DNA of 64,000 nucleotides from Octopus vulgaris (lineage: Eukaryota), in assembly GCA_951406725.2 (NCBI GenBank), contig OX597828.1:6138001-6202000 (forward strand), in the 5' to 3' direction. Within the stretch, counting starts at the first letter, position 1; the number at the start of each line of letters is the position of its first letter. Of this stretch, positions 23,889 to 37,802 are shown in pieces. A program made the position numbers and the translations under genes. The notes beneath the pieces were generated by a model that searched no databases, had not been told where the DNA came from, and saw only the letters and a list, made by a program, of their open reading frames with translations.

Positions 23889-24999
23889 TGTGCGCGTGTG
23901 TGTGTTTCAATATCTAAATAGAAGCTAGACAAAGGAACGAACAGAAATTTCACACAAAAGAAATCTGCATGCTCTTTCCTCGTTAGTTATCGTTCAGAAA
24001 TCATTACAGTTCATTACAATTTTAACGATAACATTTTGCAATTTTGATGGTATCTATAGCGAATAGCTGCTGGGAATAATGAACGAACGTTGATGACTGA
24101 CGAAAACAACTACGACACAAGTATAAAGGTAAACATAGAAATAATATTAACCATACATTATAGAAACAAAATAAAGGCCGCGGGGCTCTGAGAAACAACA
24201 AAACATGTATATAAGTAATACAATGGAAAATGTCAGAAAGGACTGGAAACAAAGCGGAGAAATGAATTGATAGAATGAAAAGGGAGAAAAACGAACCCAG
24301 TACTGATGTTAAGAAAAACGCCGGAGGTTATAAGAAGGGTGAATGAAGAATTCAGCAGTCAAATGGAAAAAGGACGTTGGAAAGAAAAAAATGAATGGTC
24401 ACAGGTCACATGGTAGAACCTAACAATGTTTCAGGTGTCAGATAGCGAGACATTTTCTTCGTTTCAACCAGAATTGCCTCCCCATCAAAAAGAGGAGCAG
24501 CGACGCTATACGTCAAAGCATTAATAAATCCCTGCACCGAGATCTCTTTATTCTTTTTTTTCTTAATCTCTGTCCTTCTGTCTTTCACCAACTTAACTCT
24601 GTCTCTTTCTGTGTCTATGCTCTCCACCATATTTTCTCTCTTTCCACTCTGCCACCTTCCACATGACCCGTGACCATTCCCATTTCCTTTTGTGTGTAAA
24701 TTTTCCGTTCTTTCCTATGTCATGCGTTTGTTTAATGTTTGAAACTTATTTCAGGCAAAGCTACACACCTATCTTTTCTGTCGCCCATATATAACTGTAA
24801 ATATTATATGTAACAATTTTTCGGTAGCCATGATAAAACTCCGAGTTGCGGATGTCGGGGTGGAAACCCACGCCGGCATCGCTTCAGTTATCGAGCCATC
24901 AAAAAAAAAATGCTATGAAAATAACTAGATCCCTCAATACTTTTATAGGAATACAGTTAGGGATATTTATATGTAAGATTACAACGAGGTAGAATGAGT

Positions 25000-25050
<51 letters not shown>

Positions 25051-25132
25051 GAGGGAGAGAGAGAGAACCCGACAGACAGATAAAAAGACAGAAAGTAGAT
25101 AGGCAGAGACAGAGAAAGTGAGAGAGGGAGGG

Positions 25133-25241
<109 letters not shown>

Positions 25242-27209
25242 AAGAGAGAGAGACAAAGACAAAGACAGAAGACAGTGACAGAGATTTTGAAGGTTAGTAT
25301 TTGCAGATAGTCCGGATATTTTTGATTTTGAGGGTTCTTATGTGTGGAAAAATACCGCAGAAGTTTATTATTCTGTTTGTGAAAGTACTTCTGGTTTAGT
25401 TTGAAGTACCTGCCTTACATGGAAAAAACAACTTCAGAAGATTAGCTAGAAATAAATGATAGAATCATTTTCATAGAAATGTGGTTTTAGCAGTCACAGT
25501 TAAAAACTTTTCACTCTTGCTTCACCTTAGATTTAAGAATTCAATTTGCCTTAGTAATTCTAGCATTGGAGACGATTTATATAAACTTCACCAAACAATA
25601 ATATTCATTTCAGAAACTCTTGTGACTCAAGATATTGATAGCTAAAACACATCAAGGCTTGCGAATCATATTTCTGCACTCCGATAAAGCTTTTCGAGTT
25701 TTATGTATTCTATTATTTCTTAGCAAATTCATAAGCATTCCCTTTTAATTATGCAAGATCTCCCCCAGAGAATGACCTTGTTCGCTTTATGCTGCTCTAA
25801 ATCATTTAGTTTCGCCTACTTTGACATTTATTACGACAGGTGTCCTAGTTCGTTGACAACTACAGCATATGACCTACATTGAAGGCGCTGCTTAAGATAA
25901 CCTGATTCAGCAGCACGTGGTCTAGTTTTAAAGAAATGTACTTTAGATGACCTTGTCTGTTTTTGTTCTTTACAAATTAATGTTTTCACAGAAGCTATCG
26001 TTTCCTGTGTACAATTATTTCTCAACCTAGGTGATAACCACTATAACAGCAAAGGGAATATTTATCAGATTAAAATATTAGGATTGGTTTAGGAAACAGA
26101 TAGCAGTTCAAACGTCATTTTATTTTTTCTAAGCACGAGGTTGTTGTACGCTGTTAAGGTCACACGGTATAATTACCAAAAGTTATTTCCATAATAAAAG
26201 TTCATTGATATTTCTTCCCAACACGATGTCGTGATCTGTTAAGGTCACAGAGTGTAATTATTTATCGGTATTATGTATTTGGGACCAAGTAAAGAGTTAA
26301 AATCGTAAGAGGGGTATTCTATAGACGATACATACACATATATACATACAAACATGAATTCATATATACATATGTGTATGTGTCTGTATGTGTGTGTGTG
26401 TGTGTGTGTGTGCGTGCATTTGTTACTGATTTTTTTATATAATGTGTGTGTGAGGAGGTGAGAGTAGAGTTATTACACCGTATGTGATGAATGCGAGTTT
26501 GTGTGAGAAAAAGTTATACTAAATTTTTAGTTATGGATGAGTAGATGAAACAAGATGGATTTGATTTCCCATAAGACCGTTTTGTATATGCTTACAAGCG
26601 ACATGAAATTCAAAAGCACAGCCTTACTTCTCACTATGTAATTAGACGCGGCTTTTTTTATCTTTATTTGTTAGTAACAAACGCACCAAACAAACTCGTT
26701 CACACACGCACCGAACATATACAATAAACACAGATATATATGCAGCTACTGGCCTCACACGCATTTATTTACTGGGTTCAGTAACCAAAATGCGGCAATG
26801 TAAGACACAGATTTCGAGAGTTTGCTCCAATATATCTACCTGGATATTTCATTTAATCCAATCCGTTCTCATTTTACTGTTACGCGATAAACATCGAATC
26901 AGCATAAACAAAAATACAAATACATGCATCTATCAATCAATCAATCAATCGATCAATCTATTTATTTATTTATTTCTCTATACACACACACACACACACA
27001 CACACACGGACACATAAGAGTCTGGAGGGATATATTAACCAGGCCGATACCATATTAGCTCTCAGTTTTTTTTTTGTTTTTTTTTATCTAGTTCCAGCTC
27101 ACCGAGCAGTAATACACGTTTGTGACTATAATTTGTTGCTGGTCACTCCGTGAAATCTTCCAGTGGGTAGTTCCGTACACGCTCCGCTGACACACACACA
27201 CAAATTCTA

Positions 27210-27452
27210 TCATTTTGCTTTGCTTTGTTTTGTTTGCTCTCGGCCTGAAATTCTCCGCAAAAAGAATGTCTTTTGCGGGCGCCACCAATTGTGGTACCAC
27301 CAATTGTGAAACTCTCAGTCTTATCATTAGCAATTGTTTGATAACTCATGAAGAGTCCGGTTTTGCACTCAGTATACGTTATGTCGTGTGCTTATTTACG
27401 ATATATTTTGTCATATATTAAGTAATGGAACGCAACACACACCGAATTTGTA
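27210..27452 (+). repeat. Diverged direct repeat, copy 1 (copy 2 at 28301-28574)
   Basis: Shared CAAAAAGAAT, CACCAATTG, CTCTCAGT, CACTCAGTATACGTTATGTCGT and TTAAGTAATGGAA blocks. Confidence 0.8.
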
Positions 27453-27534
27453 TTCACAAGTAAGTTTTCCTATATTCCCGAGTGACTCGCTCTCTTGCTT
27501 TCATACTTTCCCCTTTTATTTCTCATTTCTTCAT

Positions 27535-27945
27535 TTCTTAACTACCAACAAGGGGCTACACACAGAGAGGAAAAACAAGGGCAGACAGCAGACAAACGGA
27601 TTAAGTCGATTGTATCATCGCCAGTGCGCAACTGGTACTTAATTTCTCGACCCCGAGAGGATGACAGGCAAAGTCGACCTCGGCGGATTTGAACTCAGAA
27701 CATAAAGACAGACCAAATACATATTTCTTTACTACCCACAGAGGGCTAAACACAAAGATGACGGACAAGGACAGACGAACGAATTAAGTCGATTATACCT
27801 ACCCCAGTGCGTAACTGATACTTATTTAATCGACCCCGAAAGGATGAAAGGTAAAGTCGACCTCGGCGGATTTTTGAACTCAGAAGGTAGCGGCAGACGA
27901 AATACCGCTAAGCGTTCCGCCCGGCCTGCTAACGTTTCTGCCAGC
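27535..27945 (-). mobile_element. SINE family B, duplicated bodies
   Basis: AAAGTCGACCTCGGCGGATTT..GAACTCAGAA occurs twice; head reverse complement GCTAACGTTTCTGCCAGC. Confidence 0.8.
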
Positions 27946-28300
27946 GTCGACACGTTTTCCCCTTTTCTTTCTCTCACCTTTTCCTATTCTAGCCTTTCCA
28001 CTTCTACCTTTTCTATTCCTAGCCTTTCTCCTTCCCCAATCCTCCCCTTTTTTTCTGTTTGTCATTCTCTCTCACTCACTCTCTCTTGCAGTCTTTCTCC
28101 TCTGCCTGCTGCTGTCACGTGACCCACGGCCAGCTTCCCTTTCTCTTCCCTTCTTACACTCCTCCCGAGCTGACCAGTCACCAATTCTCTGTATCTCCGT
28201 CTTGCAGGACATTTTCTAAGGGTCAATCACTATTCTCGCCATCTTGGCCCTAAGACCATATTTTGCTCGACTACTCATCAGTCCAGAATCACATTTTGTG

Positions 28301-28574
28301 TCATTTTGTTTTGTTTTGTCTTGTTGCTCTTGGCCATGAATTCTATGCAAAAAGAATTTTTTCGGATACCACCAATTGCGAAGCTCTCAGTTTTATCATT
28401 AAGGGTGCGAAAATGTGTATTAGCAATTGGTTGATGACTGATGAAGAATAAGGGACCTTCTGTGTTTGTCTCCCGTCCGGTTTTACACTCAGTATACGTT
28501 ATGTCGTATGTTTCTTTGCCAATCATATTTTTATTTATTAAGTAATGGAAAAACAAAGCCCACTGAATTTGTAT
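28301..28574 (+). repeat. Diverged direct repeat, copy 2
   Basis: Aligns with 27210-27452 with two short insertions. Confidence 0.8.
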
Positions 28575-28849
28575 ATATCTATGTATGTGTGTGTGTGTCT
28601 GTGTGTGTGTTAGTGTGTGTGTATTTGTGTGTGTATGGATCAAAACAGTTTGATTAAAATTCGTTGGTACTCTTGAGTTTCAAGCGCGAAACGTTAACAA
28701 CAAACGAGATGAGGACAAATATCTGTCAATTGTAAATAATGTAAATAATGTACATAATTCCTCATCTTTTAAATATAGAACTGTACTCCGTTTACATTTA
28801 CATGTACAAATTTCCTTATTTGGGAGTAGATTGTATTTTCTTCTGAAAA

Positions 28850-29385
28850 CACTTCAGACTTTTTTACAATTGACCTTTGAACTTTTGTTCTGCAGTGTGA
28901 ACTCTTGTCTCCAAATTGTTGACAACTGTAATATTTTGGTTTTTAAAAGGACAGTTTCTTCTGAAATGTAGGACCCCACATCCGTAACATGGATTAGGAA
29001 CAGGCAATTTTATTTGGTTATACTTTCTCAGTTGACATATATGTATTTTTGCGAAATCCTTTGCTTGAATTTTTCTTACGTCGTATTTCAGGATCACCAT
29101 CCTTTCGCACTCTTATGCAACAGTCTGGTGGGTTAAATCTTCGTTCGCTTCTTCAAGTATTGAAATAATCCCTGTTTCTTCATTTGCTGTAAGGCCTTGT
29201 ACAGAAATGAGACACTTATACATCTCAAGAGTAATTCTATAAGTTTAAAACATTCACATATTCTGTTGACTGTTCCAGCTTACGTAATAAAGTCATCATC
29301 CATTTTTAGTAAAATTCCAACACTCCATTCGAGTGTTAAATAGAGAAGATTTATCACTGAACATGTCAGACAGTAATTTGATTCT
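28850..29385 (-). pseudogene. Ty3/gypsy LTR retrotransposon gag fragment (decayed)
   Basis: NPCYGCGVLHFRRNCPFKN (CX2CX3HX4C knuckle) preceded by DDFITYAGTVNRICE and YKCLISVQGLTA segments; no LTRs seen. Confidence 0.65.
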
Positions 29386-29611
29386 GTATTAAATCTCTGA
29401 GCGAGAGGTAAACAGTAACAGTATGAGATCGTAAAATATATTTACCAACTAAATGTGGCGGTCGCATAGAAGACGATATTACTCTTGCTTTTAACCACAT
29501 GAAGACATATCCTCCAGTTGGCTAACGACACACTTTCTGTGTTTGATTAGTATTTACGGGGGAAGGTCATCGCTCCCATCTCTAAACTTACGTAATACAC
29601 ACATACCCTGG

Positions 29612-29908
29612 TTTCTGATTTTCAACTTTAACTCATACTGAAGCATAGCCGTGTGTATACTCATTTCAGTTTTCGAGTTTTATGATAGGAAGTAACTGAA
29701 CCACAATGCAAAACGTATTGTAATAGTACAAGCTTAATCCCATGCTGCCTACGTAGTCGGATACATGGAGCAATAATGAATAATATATACCTGCAAAAAT
29801 CTATGTTAGAAAGTACTAAAAATAAATGTCGCTCAAATAGTTATCGCTGTAATTTCGGAAATTTATCAAGAATGAGGAATTCTATATTATCAGTCCACAG
29901 TGATATTG

Positions 29909-29971
<63 letters not shown>

Positions 29972-30431
29972 CCACTTCATTTAGGGATTTCACTAAATCC
30001 AACTTAAATCAGTAGTGTATTGCTGGCAGCTAGTTCAATTAGTGAATTATTTACTGCTATACATAATTACACTCTTGAAAACAAACGGAGAAGCTGCCAA
30101 GATTTGGTATTTCCGCAAATCTGTTTTTCTTAATTTCATAGTCTCTAATTGTAGTAACTTTATATATAGTGTCTACATGAAAACGAAAAACAGAAGAGCA
30201 CTGTTATAGGTAAGTATCATGCATAAGACCAAAACTAGGTGGAGGGTCCTTCTTATTCTGTCCATGAATACATTGTATAAACATTTGTTTAGCTTTTCAT
30301 AAATGGTTATAACTACCCAAGTTACTGTTATAATAAACTGATTCTGTAGTACAATTAGAGAAATAAAAATGCGTTTCAAAAGTGTATTTCAGTCATGCAA
30401 GTGAATATGGAAATTTAGGCATGTGTGTAAG

Positions 30432-30494
<63 letters not shown>

Positions 30495-30643
30495 GGTGCC
30501 CCAGCATGGCCACAGCTCATAAGCTGAAACTAGAATCAATCAATCAATCAATCAATCATATATATATAGCTTATACACTCGAAAACTGAAATGAGTATAC
30601 ACACGGCTATGCTTCAGTATGAGTAAAAGTTGAAAATCAGAAA
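29612..30643. repeat. 67-bp near-perfect inverted duplication (29612-29678 and 30577-30643)
   Basis: TTTCTGATTTTCAACTTTAACTCATACTGAAGCATAGCCGTGTGTATACTCATTTCAGTTTTCGAGT versus its reverse complement, one mismatch. Confidence 0.9.
30492..30557 (+). mobile_element. Extreme 3' end of a LINE or SINE with (ATCA)n tail, inserted in (TA)n
   Basis: GGCGGTGCCCCAGCATGGCCACAG matches the shared SINE tail motif. Confidence 0.65.
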
Positions 30644-31363
30644 AATCAAAGAAAAATTTACGACCAAAAGCCTTACCATACATCTCCACACACAACCCTC
30701 TCAACAATGAAGCCTTCGACACCATCCTCCAAAACATACCCCTCCTAAAATAGACCATAGAATGAACACAATCCTCCAAACACACACGATCATAAAAAGC
30801 AAGAGACAGCCTAAATCTATGAAAAGTCTCCTAACACAAGCCTGAATACGTACTTCAACACAGAAGCCGACAATAAAAAAATGTGGAAGACCCAATTGCG
30901 GGATATGCGATTATCTAATTGAGGGATCAGAGTTCTCCTTCAAACAGGGACAACGGTTTACAGTGAAAACTTCACATGTGCTTCGGAGAACCTGATATAC
31001 ACACTAACCTGCTCTGGGTTTCAAGAGCAGTACATAGGCCAAACAAAAAGTAGTTTGCGTAAAAGAATGGCCCAAAACACCAAGCTTCAGGATTTTCCCC
31101 CTCTACCAATTCAGGAACAATACAACCTCGAACCAACGAATAAGTAAAGAAACTATCTTTATTACAAAATACAGGCCACTTCTGAACGGGTCTACGAAAA
31201 CAAACGATATATACATGTCGGCTTTAGAATAACACAAATACACACGCAAATATTACATTCCAAAGAATCAATTACAAATCAGACCCAATCACAGCTATAA
31301 CCCATAACGTGCCAAGTTCAAGTCATACAACACCTCACTACTTCCACTAATTCATATTCTCCC

Positions 31364-31448
31364 TTATCTTTCTTCTTCTTCCTCTTCTTCATCATCATCA
31401 TTATCATCATCATCATCGTCATCATCATCACCACCATCATCATCATCA

Positions 31449-31483
<35 letters not shown>

Positions 31484-31830
31484 TTCTTCTTCTTCTTCTT
31501 CTTCTTCTTCTTCTTCTTCTTCTTCTTCTTCTTCTCCTCTTCTTCTTCTGCTCCACTTTCTACTTCTTAACTTTATCACTAATGCTTTTTAGTATAACAC
31601 CTACGCAAATTCTATAAACAAACCTTTCAATAGAAATATTCTCATGAATTGAACAGCAACTGCTAGCCGCCACTGACCATTCAAAATACGACAATCAAGG
31701 CACTCCCAAATTTCCCCCCTTCTCCTCATCATCATCCTTCTTCTTCTTCTTCTTCTTCTTCTTCTTCTTCTTCTTCTTCTTCTTCTTCTTCTTCTTCTTC
31801 TTCTTCTTCTTCTTCTTCTTCTTCTTCTTC
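31364..31830. repeat. Compound (TCA)/(TCG)/(TTC)n microsatellites within the PLE 3' UTR
   Basis: Read directly. Confidence 0.9.
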
Positions 31831-31991
31831 CTTACCAAGAATTCACAACGACCTCGAACCCACAAGTGTAAACAAGAGAGACAGAGAAAGGCAGAAACAA
31901 GGAAAATGCGACTTATATTTGAACACTATACAAATATCCCTTTAAAACAACTTTTCTTTTAATTTTTCTAAATTTAATTATTTAATCGTTA

Positions 31992-32029
31992 CAGTTGAAA
32001 ATGTCTCAAATTGAGCGAAACCGGTACTG
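31992..32029 (+). ncRNA. Minimal hammerhead-like motif (U3-A8 variant)
   Basis: CAG-TTGAAAA-TGTCTCAA a TTGAGC-GAAA-CCGG-TA-CTG. Confidence 0.55.
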
Positions 32030-32777
32030 AAATGTTCTTTATAAAATTATTTTAGCATTTTCTATCTTGACTTGTTTTTTCATATATACAACAATTGCTT
32101 TCGTTCCAGCACACGATCTCAGATCAAGTCACTCGCTATGCAAGTACATCTCCGTAATATATATATACATGTGTATGTGCGTGTGTGTGTGCACGTATGT
32201 ATATATATATATATATATATATATGTCCATATATATATTGTATATTTACATTTATTTATGTCTTTATGCCTATGCGTGTGTATGTGTACACACATACACA
32301 AATAAACGCGCATATAACTACGAGACCAATTATAGATTTTTGTCTTGATATCTAGGATAGTACTGTCCAATGTACCATTCCTGCTTTAAACCAACTTCAT
32401 GATCTGAGCAAAATTGATGCTAATTTCTAGCGTGTCGAACAAATATAAAATGCCTCCCTTGTTTGTTCAGTAAAATATATTATTTTAGCTTCTGGAGGTT
32501 TAATTAGCGAGAGTTACTTCTACTATTGAAGTCACTGGCATTTATTTTCAGTATAATGTCCTCTGGCAAGGCCACAAAGCCCTTTTCATTTTCGAAGCCA
32601 ACAGTCGAACGTGTAAGTGCTATTGAGCTTATTCTGTCCGTCGTATTTACATGTGCAAAATATGTCGCAAATTTCTGCATACTAATAACGGTTTCTAATG
32701 AACTTTATGAAAGAGAGTTGGAGTAGTATCACAGATGTCACCGAAAAAAAATCGATACTTAAATGTAGAATTATATT

Positions 32778-32986
32778 GGTTTCAAGTTTTGGCACAACGA
32801 CAGCAATTTCAGGATGGAGACAAGTCGATTGCATTGGCTCCCACTGCTCAACTGGTATTTTATCGATCTCGGTGAGATGAAAGATAAAATCGACCTAGGC
32901 GGAATTTGAACTCGAAACATAAAGACGCAGGAAATGCCACTAAGTCCTTTGCCTGCGGTGCTAACGATTTTGCAAGCTCGCCGCCT
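32778..32986 (-). mobile_element. SINE family B, diverged
   Basis: TCGACCTAGGCGGAATTTGAACTC...GCTAACGATTTTGCAAGCTCGCCGCC. Confidence 0.75.
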
Positions 32987-33270
32987 TATCTTTGTAAAAT
33001 ATACCGAAAACCATATATGTTCAAGAAAATAGCTTGTAAAAAGTATCTGTGGAAAATACTAATGACTGTTCACAGTTGCAACTCATTTCATTATAAGTCT
33101 ACTCGGTCAAGGCTAGTCTGAAACTGAGCAGCAGCAGCAGCAGCAGTAGAAACAGCAGCAGCAGTAGAAGCAGCAGCAGCAAAGGTAACCGCAGCAGCAA
33201 CAACCACAACAACAACTATATATAACAATCACTGTTCTGATTTTAGATGCATCCGATTGCAAAAGATCAA

Positions 33271-33329
<59 letters not shown>

Positions 33330-34002
33330 AAGAGAGAATAATATATATTCCAGCTATACGTGTAGTGTACAAATATGCATTAATATATCAACAGAAACAT
33401 AACCCTCACACATATCACATGTATGTATATATAAATAATGTATTTGTGCATGTATGCTGCAGACATGTGTGTGTATACACATGGATGCTTAGAGAGTTAC
33501 GTAGATGAAGTAAGCAATGCAGACTGACAGATAAAGAATTAGGTAACTCATAAGAGATAAGAGTGAGGAGGGGTGAACAATGAGTAGATGAGCATGATAC
33601 GAATGTGGAGAAAAGATTGATGGCCGCGGAGAAAGAGGTGGAAGGATGATAAATAGCCAAGTAGGTGTAGGAGGAACGAATAAGAAACATATAGAGTGAC
33701 TGAGAAAGAGAGAGAGAGAGAGAGAGGGAGAGAGGGAGCCAGATAGAGACAGGCGGAGTAGTACAGAGAAACTAAAGTAAATGATGAGATAGTTAAAATG
33801 ATATATCATGACCTACAGAGAGAGAAGAATTCATTGCCTTAGAGAGATGGGGATGAGAGAGAACTAGAGAAAGTAGAATCTCTCTAACTGTTTCTCTGTC
33901 TGTCTGTAAGTCTCTCTCTCTCTCTCTTTCACTCTATATATATGTATGTGAGTGTCTATATATATATGCTTGTATACCTACTTAGACTTATCTAGTTATC
34001 TA

Positions 34003-34087
<85 letters not shown>

Positions 34088-35284
34088 CTCACTATATATA
34101 TATATATATCAATTTATCTACCTGTATACACACACACATGCACTTTCAAATACACTTACATGCAAACATACATACATAAGTAACTCCATACAGACATGTA
34201 TGTGAACATGTTTAAGTAAAAGAGAGCGAGAGGATCAGAGAAGTGGAAAGAGGAAATGCATAACGTAATGAATATGTAGCTATATAAATAGAAACTACCT
34301 GACAGTGAATGAATTGAAGAGAAAGTGAAAGTGAAAGTGGGAGGGAAGCTAGAGACAAAGTAGAAGAAATAGACAATTGTACTTGAGCCGAAACACAATA
34401 GACGTTGTTTCGTCATTAGCTTCAATCTTCGGAAACTATATTTCTAGAACATTAAGAGTCTTCAAATGGAGATTGATGGGACATTCGCTGAACACTAATG
34501 ATGAATGCCAGACGCTAAGAAGAAGGCACAGAGCGTCGTTTGCTACGGATTAGAGCATGCACAAGAGATGGCTGCCCTTAAACCTGTTTAATCTGCCTGA
34601 CAGTTGATATGTGAACCGTACAAAAAGTCTCCTCATTAGATATTCTCTCTGTTAACCAGGGCAGTCATTGAAGCAGTTTCTGTTCTCGTTGTTGCTTTTG
34701 TTTTTGCTGTCTTCATTTTTGCTCTCAATTTTGTTGTAGTTCTTGTTGTTTTCAAGTTGTTGTAGTGAAATCTTTTCTTGTTTCCTATTTATGTTTTTGC
34801 AATGACTGCTCATAATGCTGCTGCTCTTGATGTTATTCTAATAGCTAGTGTTGTTGTTGTTGTTATTGATATTGTGTCTTGTCTTCTTGTCGGTGATGTT
34901 CTAATTATTTTTGCTGTTCTTTGGCTATTTCATCCGCCGAACTTGTTTTTCTTTTGACTACTGTAGTTCCTGCTGTCGTTGTTGTTTTTGATTGTGCAAC
35001 TCTTCATTTTAGTCTATTTCTCTTTGTTCTTGCTTTTTTGTTGCAGCTGGGTTCTTTTTTCTTTTCTTTCATGAAACTCAAATCACTGATGGTGATTTTT
35101 TCCTTACTAATATTGCTGTTCTTCTAACAGCTGTCCTTATGTTCTTTTTTCTTAATTTGTCTGTTTCTTCATACAGTTGCAGGTGTTGCACATGGTGGTA
35201 CATATTGCTGAACTTATGGCAATCGTTCATACGGGTGACTCTATTCGATGTTCTTGACATTACTGAGTCCGAACTCCAAAGTTG

Positions 35285-35475
35285 TAAGCTAGTAGAGTCG
35301 TTAGCAATCAGGGCAAAATGCTTAACGGCATTCCGTTCTGAGTTCGGCTTCCACCGATGCCGACTTCGTTTTTCATCATCGCGGAGATTGAAAAAATATG
35401 TACCAGTCAAGTACTAGGGTAGATCTAACCGACTTAACTCACCCTTGATCTTGCAGACTTTGTGGGATGATTTGA
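35285..35475 (+). mobile_element. SINE family B, old copy
   Basis: AGCTAGTAGAGTCGTTAGCA..GGGCAAAATGCTTAACGGCATT, GTTCTGAGTTC and GTACCAGTC blocks. Confidence 0.6.
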
Positions 35476-36772
35476 AAACAATCAGTCTAAATCCTAAGAT
35501 AGCTCTGAGCAAATAAAACTATGATTACACTCATGAGCAATTTGTCATAGTCTTCCCATTTTTCAAACATTGGAAGGAGTATTTTAAGGAGATATTACTA
35601 TTCTTTTCACTGTTGTTGTCACTGGTGTTGTTCAATGGCACTTGGTGTCACTGATGGTATTCTATGCGTCTTGCTGTTGCTACTGCAATCGATATTGCTG
35701 TTGTCTGGGTTGTTACTATTGCATTTTGACTGATGTTTGTATTGCTCTGCCCGTTTTATATGTTGGTTTTGCTACGGTTGCTCCCGTTCTTACTACCACT
35801 GCAGCTGTAGTTGTCATAGCAACAACTGAAATTTTGCTGGTATTATTGTCTCCCATGCTTGCTGGCCTTGTGACAAAATTTGAAATCATTATTGTTCCTT
35901 TGCTTGTTTCTATTATGTCTGGTGGTGTCACTATTGCCGCAATCATTGTTATTACCTGTGTTGGGACAGTGGTTAATAACACTGCTTCTGTAGGTGTAGT
36001 AGTTGCGAGTGGTGCTTTCCACTTTGCAGACCTTAATGGTGCTGCTTCCATTGTCTCAGCACTTTCTGTTGTTGCTTTTGTTGGTGCAATCGTTGTTGCT
36101 ATCATTTCGTTGTTAAATCGGTTGTTACCAAAGTTACTATTAGTAAACCAGCCATCGCTGATAAATTTCTGCTTTTGCGTCTATTCATTCAGTTGTTGCT
36201 GTTGCTGCGTCTCTGGTTGCTGTCATTTATGTTCTGCATTTTATGTTGCTGTTGTTTTCAAAAAAAGCAGTTGTCATTTGTGCAAATCCCATTGTGATGG
36301 TCTTGTTATTCTTAACGGAATTTTGGGATGCTTCGTGAATTATCTCATTTTTATCGTCAATTTTATGATGGATATTCTTGTCAATGTTGTTGTTGTTGTT
36401 GTTAACGTGGTTGATGTGTGATGTGTGTGCCGACACTATTGTTGATGTTACTAGCAAGCTTGCGCTGTTGCCATTTATTTCTTTTCCATTTTTGTCTGTG
36501 CAATATCTTCTGTTGGCGTTGCTTATGCTAGTGGTGTTCTTTTGCTGCTACTGAAGCCATTATTTTATTTCTTTTTCTTTTCATAGTCTCATAATTTTCT
36601 TGTTCTAAATATCATTAATGTTGATACTTCAGCTATTGTTCTCTTCTTGCTGGTGCTACTAACACCATTATCCTTGTAGATATTCCATTTTTCTTGAGAA
36701 TACAATTCTTAATGTTCATGTTGCATTTGTTTTCATTGTTTCCACTCTTCTTGCAATTGTGCTGCACATCTT

Positions 36773-37197
36773 TAGGCATGGTTGTGTGGTAAGAAGTTTG
36801 CTTCCAAACCGCATGTGTCTGGGTTAAGTCCCACTGCGTGACGCCTTAAGAGAGTACCTTTTCTAATAGCCACGGGCAGACCTAGGCCTCGTGAGTGGAT
36901 TTGGTAGACGGAAACTGAAGGAAGCTCATCGTATATACGTCTGTGGCGTGAGTGTGTGCATGCGTGTGTACGTATGTGCTTTTGCATCTGCGTTTACTTC
37001 CCACCACCACTTGCCAATCGGTATTACTGTGTTTACAACCTCATAACCTAGCGGTTCAACAAAAGTGAACGATAGAATAAACACCAGGCCGAAAAACAAT
37101 TAAATAAGTAATGGGATGAATACTTTCGATTGAAATTCTTCAAGGCGTGCCCTAGCATAACTGCAGTCTAATAACAGAAACAAATACAACAAAAAGA
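36773..37197 (+). mobile_element. SINE family A, old copy
   Basis: GGTTGTGTGGTAAGAAGTTTGCTTCC and GTGAGTGGATTTGGTAGACGGAAACTGAAG. Confidence 0.75.
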
Positions 37198-37634
37198 CGA
37201 TATAATTTACTGCAAGTTCTGATGTGCTTTTCTGAATAGTAGTGCTCCATCTGCAGCCTTCATTGAAACGATTACTGCTTTTTCCTTTAATGCAGTTACT
37301 GTTGTTTATTCTTCTTACTGTTGTTACTGATGATGTGGTGTCTTATAAACAATGATATTGTCGTAGTTCTTCTTGAGTCCAAAGAAACAGAAGAGAAGGT
37401 CTATGATATGAGGCATTGTATCTGTGTACATTCCATTTTGTATAAGATGACGATGTTGCTGCTGCTGATGACGATGATGACGACAACGACGACGACGGCG
37501 ACGGTGGCAGCGGCGTTATGATGATGATGGTGTGATGATGACAACGGGGATGATGATGATGATGACGATGACGACGACGCTGCAACTGATGATGATGCTG
37601 ATGGAAAAGCTGATGATTAGAGAATATATATGTA

Positions 37635-37790
37635 GTGGCAGGACCCACGCAAGACAACTGGATATTATTGGGGAAGATCTCCAGAAGTTCGATTTCACCT
37701 TGGAGAATGCAGAGGGGCTGGTACATGACCGCCAGTAATGGAGGGCACAGGTGGACATGATCAACTCTACGAAATAAAACAAGAAACGAG
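37635..37790 (+). mobile_element. RTE-clade LINE 3' end fragment
   Basis: GRTHARQLDIIGEDLQ...AEGLVHDRQ*WR resembles the RTE C-terminal GRP..W.D....D....A.DR..WR motif. Confidence 0.55.
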
Positions 37791-37802
37791 CAAACAAGTA
37801 CA

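Larger units (their letters stand above)
30644..32066 (+). mobile_element. Penelope-like element (Neptune-like), 5'-truncated and decayed
   Basis: KKCGRPNCGICDYLIEGSEFSFKQG and CASENLIYTLTCSGFQEQYIGQTKSSLRKR at ~30875-31070, homologous to ORF 3137-3592; hammerhead-like motif at 31992-32029. Confidence 0.85.
34670..37340. repeat. Long decayed (GTT/GCT)-rich low-complexity tract with embedded SINEs
   Basis: Strong T/G skew with triplet periodicity; yields spurious V/L/C-rich and T/A-rich ORFs. Confidence 0.7.

Noticed and set aside
22631-23953. Long ORFs of 314-440 aa (poly-L, poly-I, poly-N)
   Set aside because: Translations of the (AAT)n microsatellite.
24385-24690. Short degenerate inverted match around GGTCACAGGTCACATGG and CATGACCCGTGACC
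   Set aside because: Too short and diverged to define an element.
31364-31579. Acidic poly-E/D ORF
   Set aside because: Antisense reading of TTC/TCA/TCG microsatellites.
35642-36421. 259-aa hydrophobic ORF resembling a membrane protein, and the antisense Thr/Ala-rich ORF
   Set aside because: Lies in a decayed GTT/GCT low-complexity tract with no domain motif.
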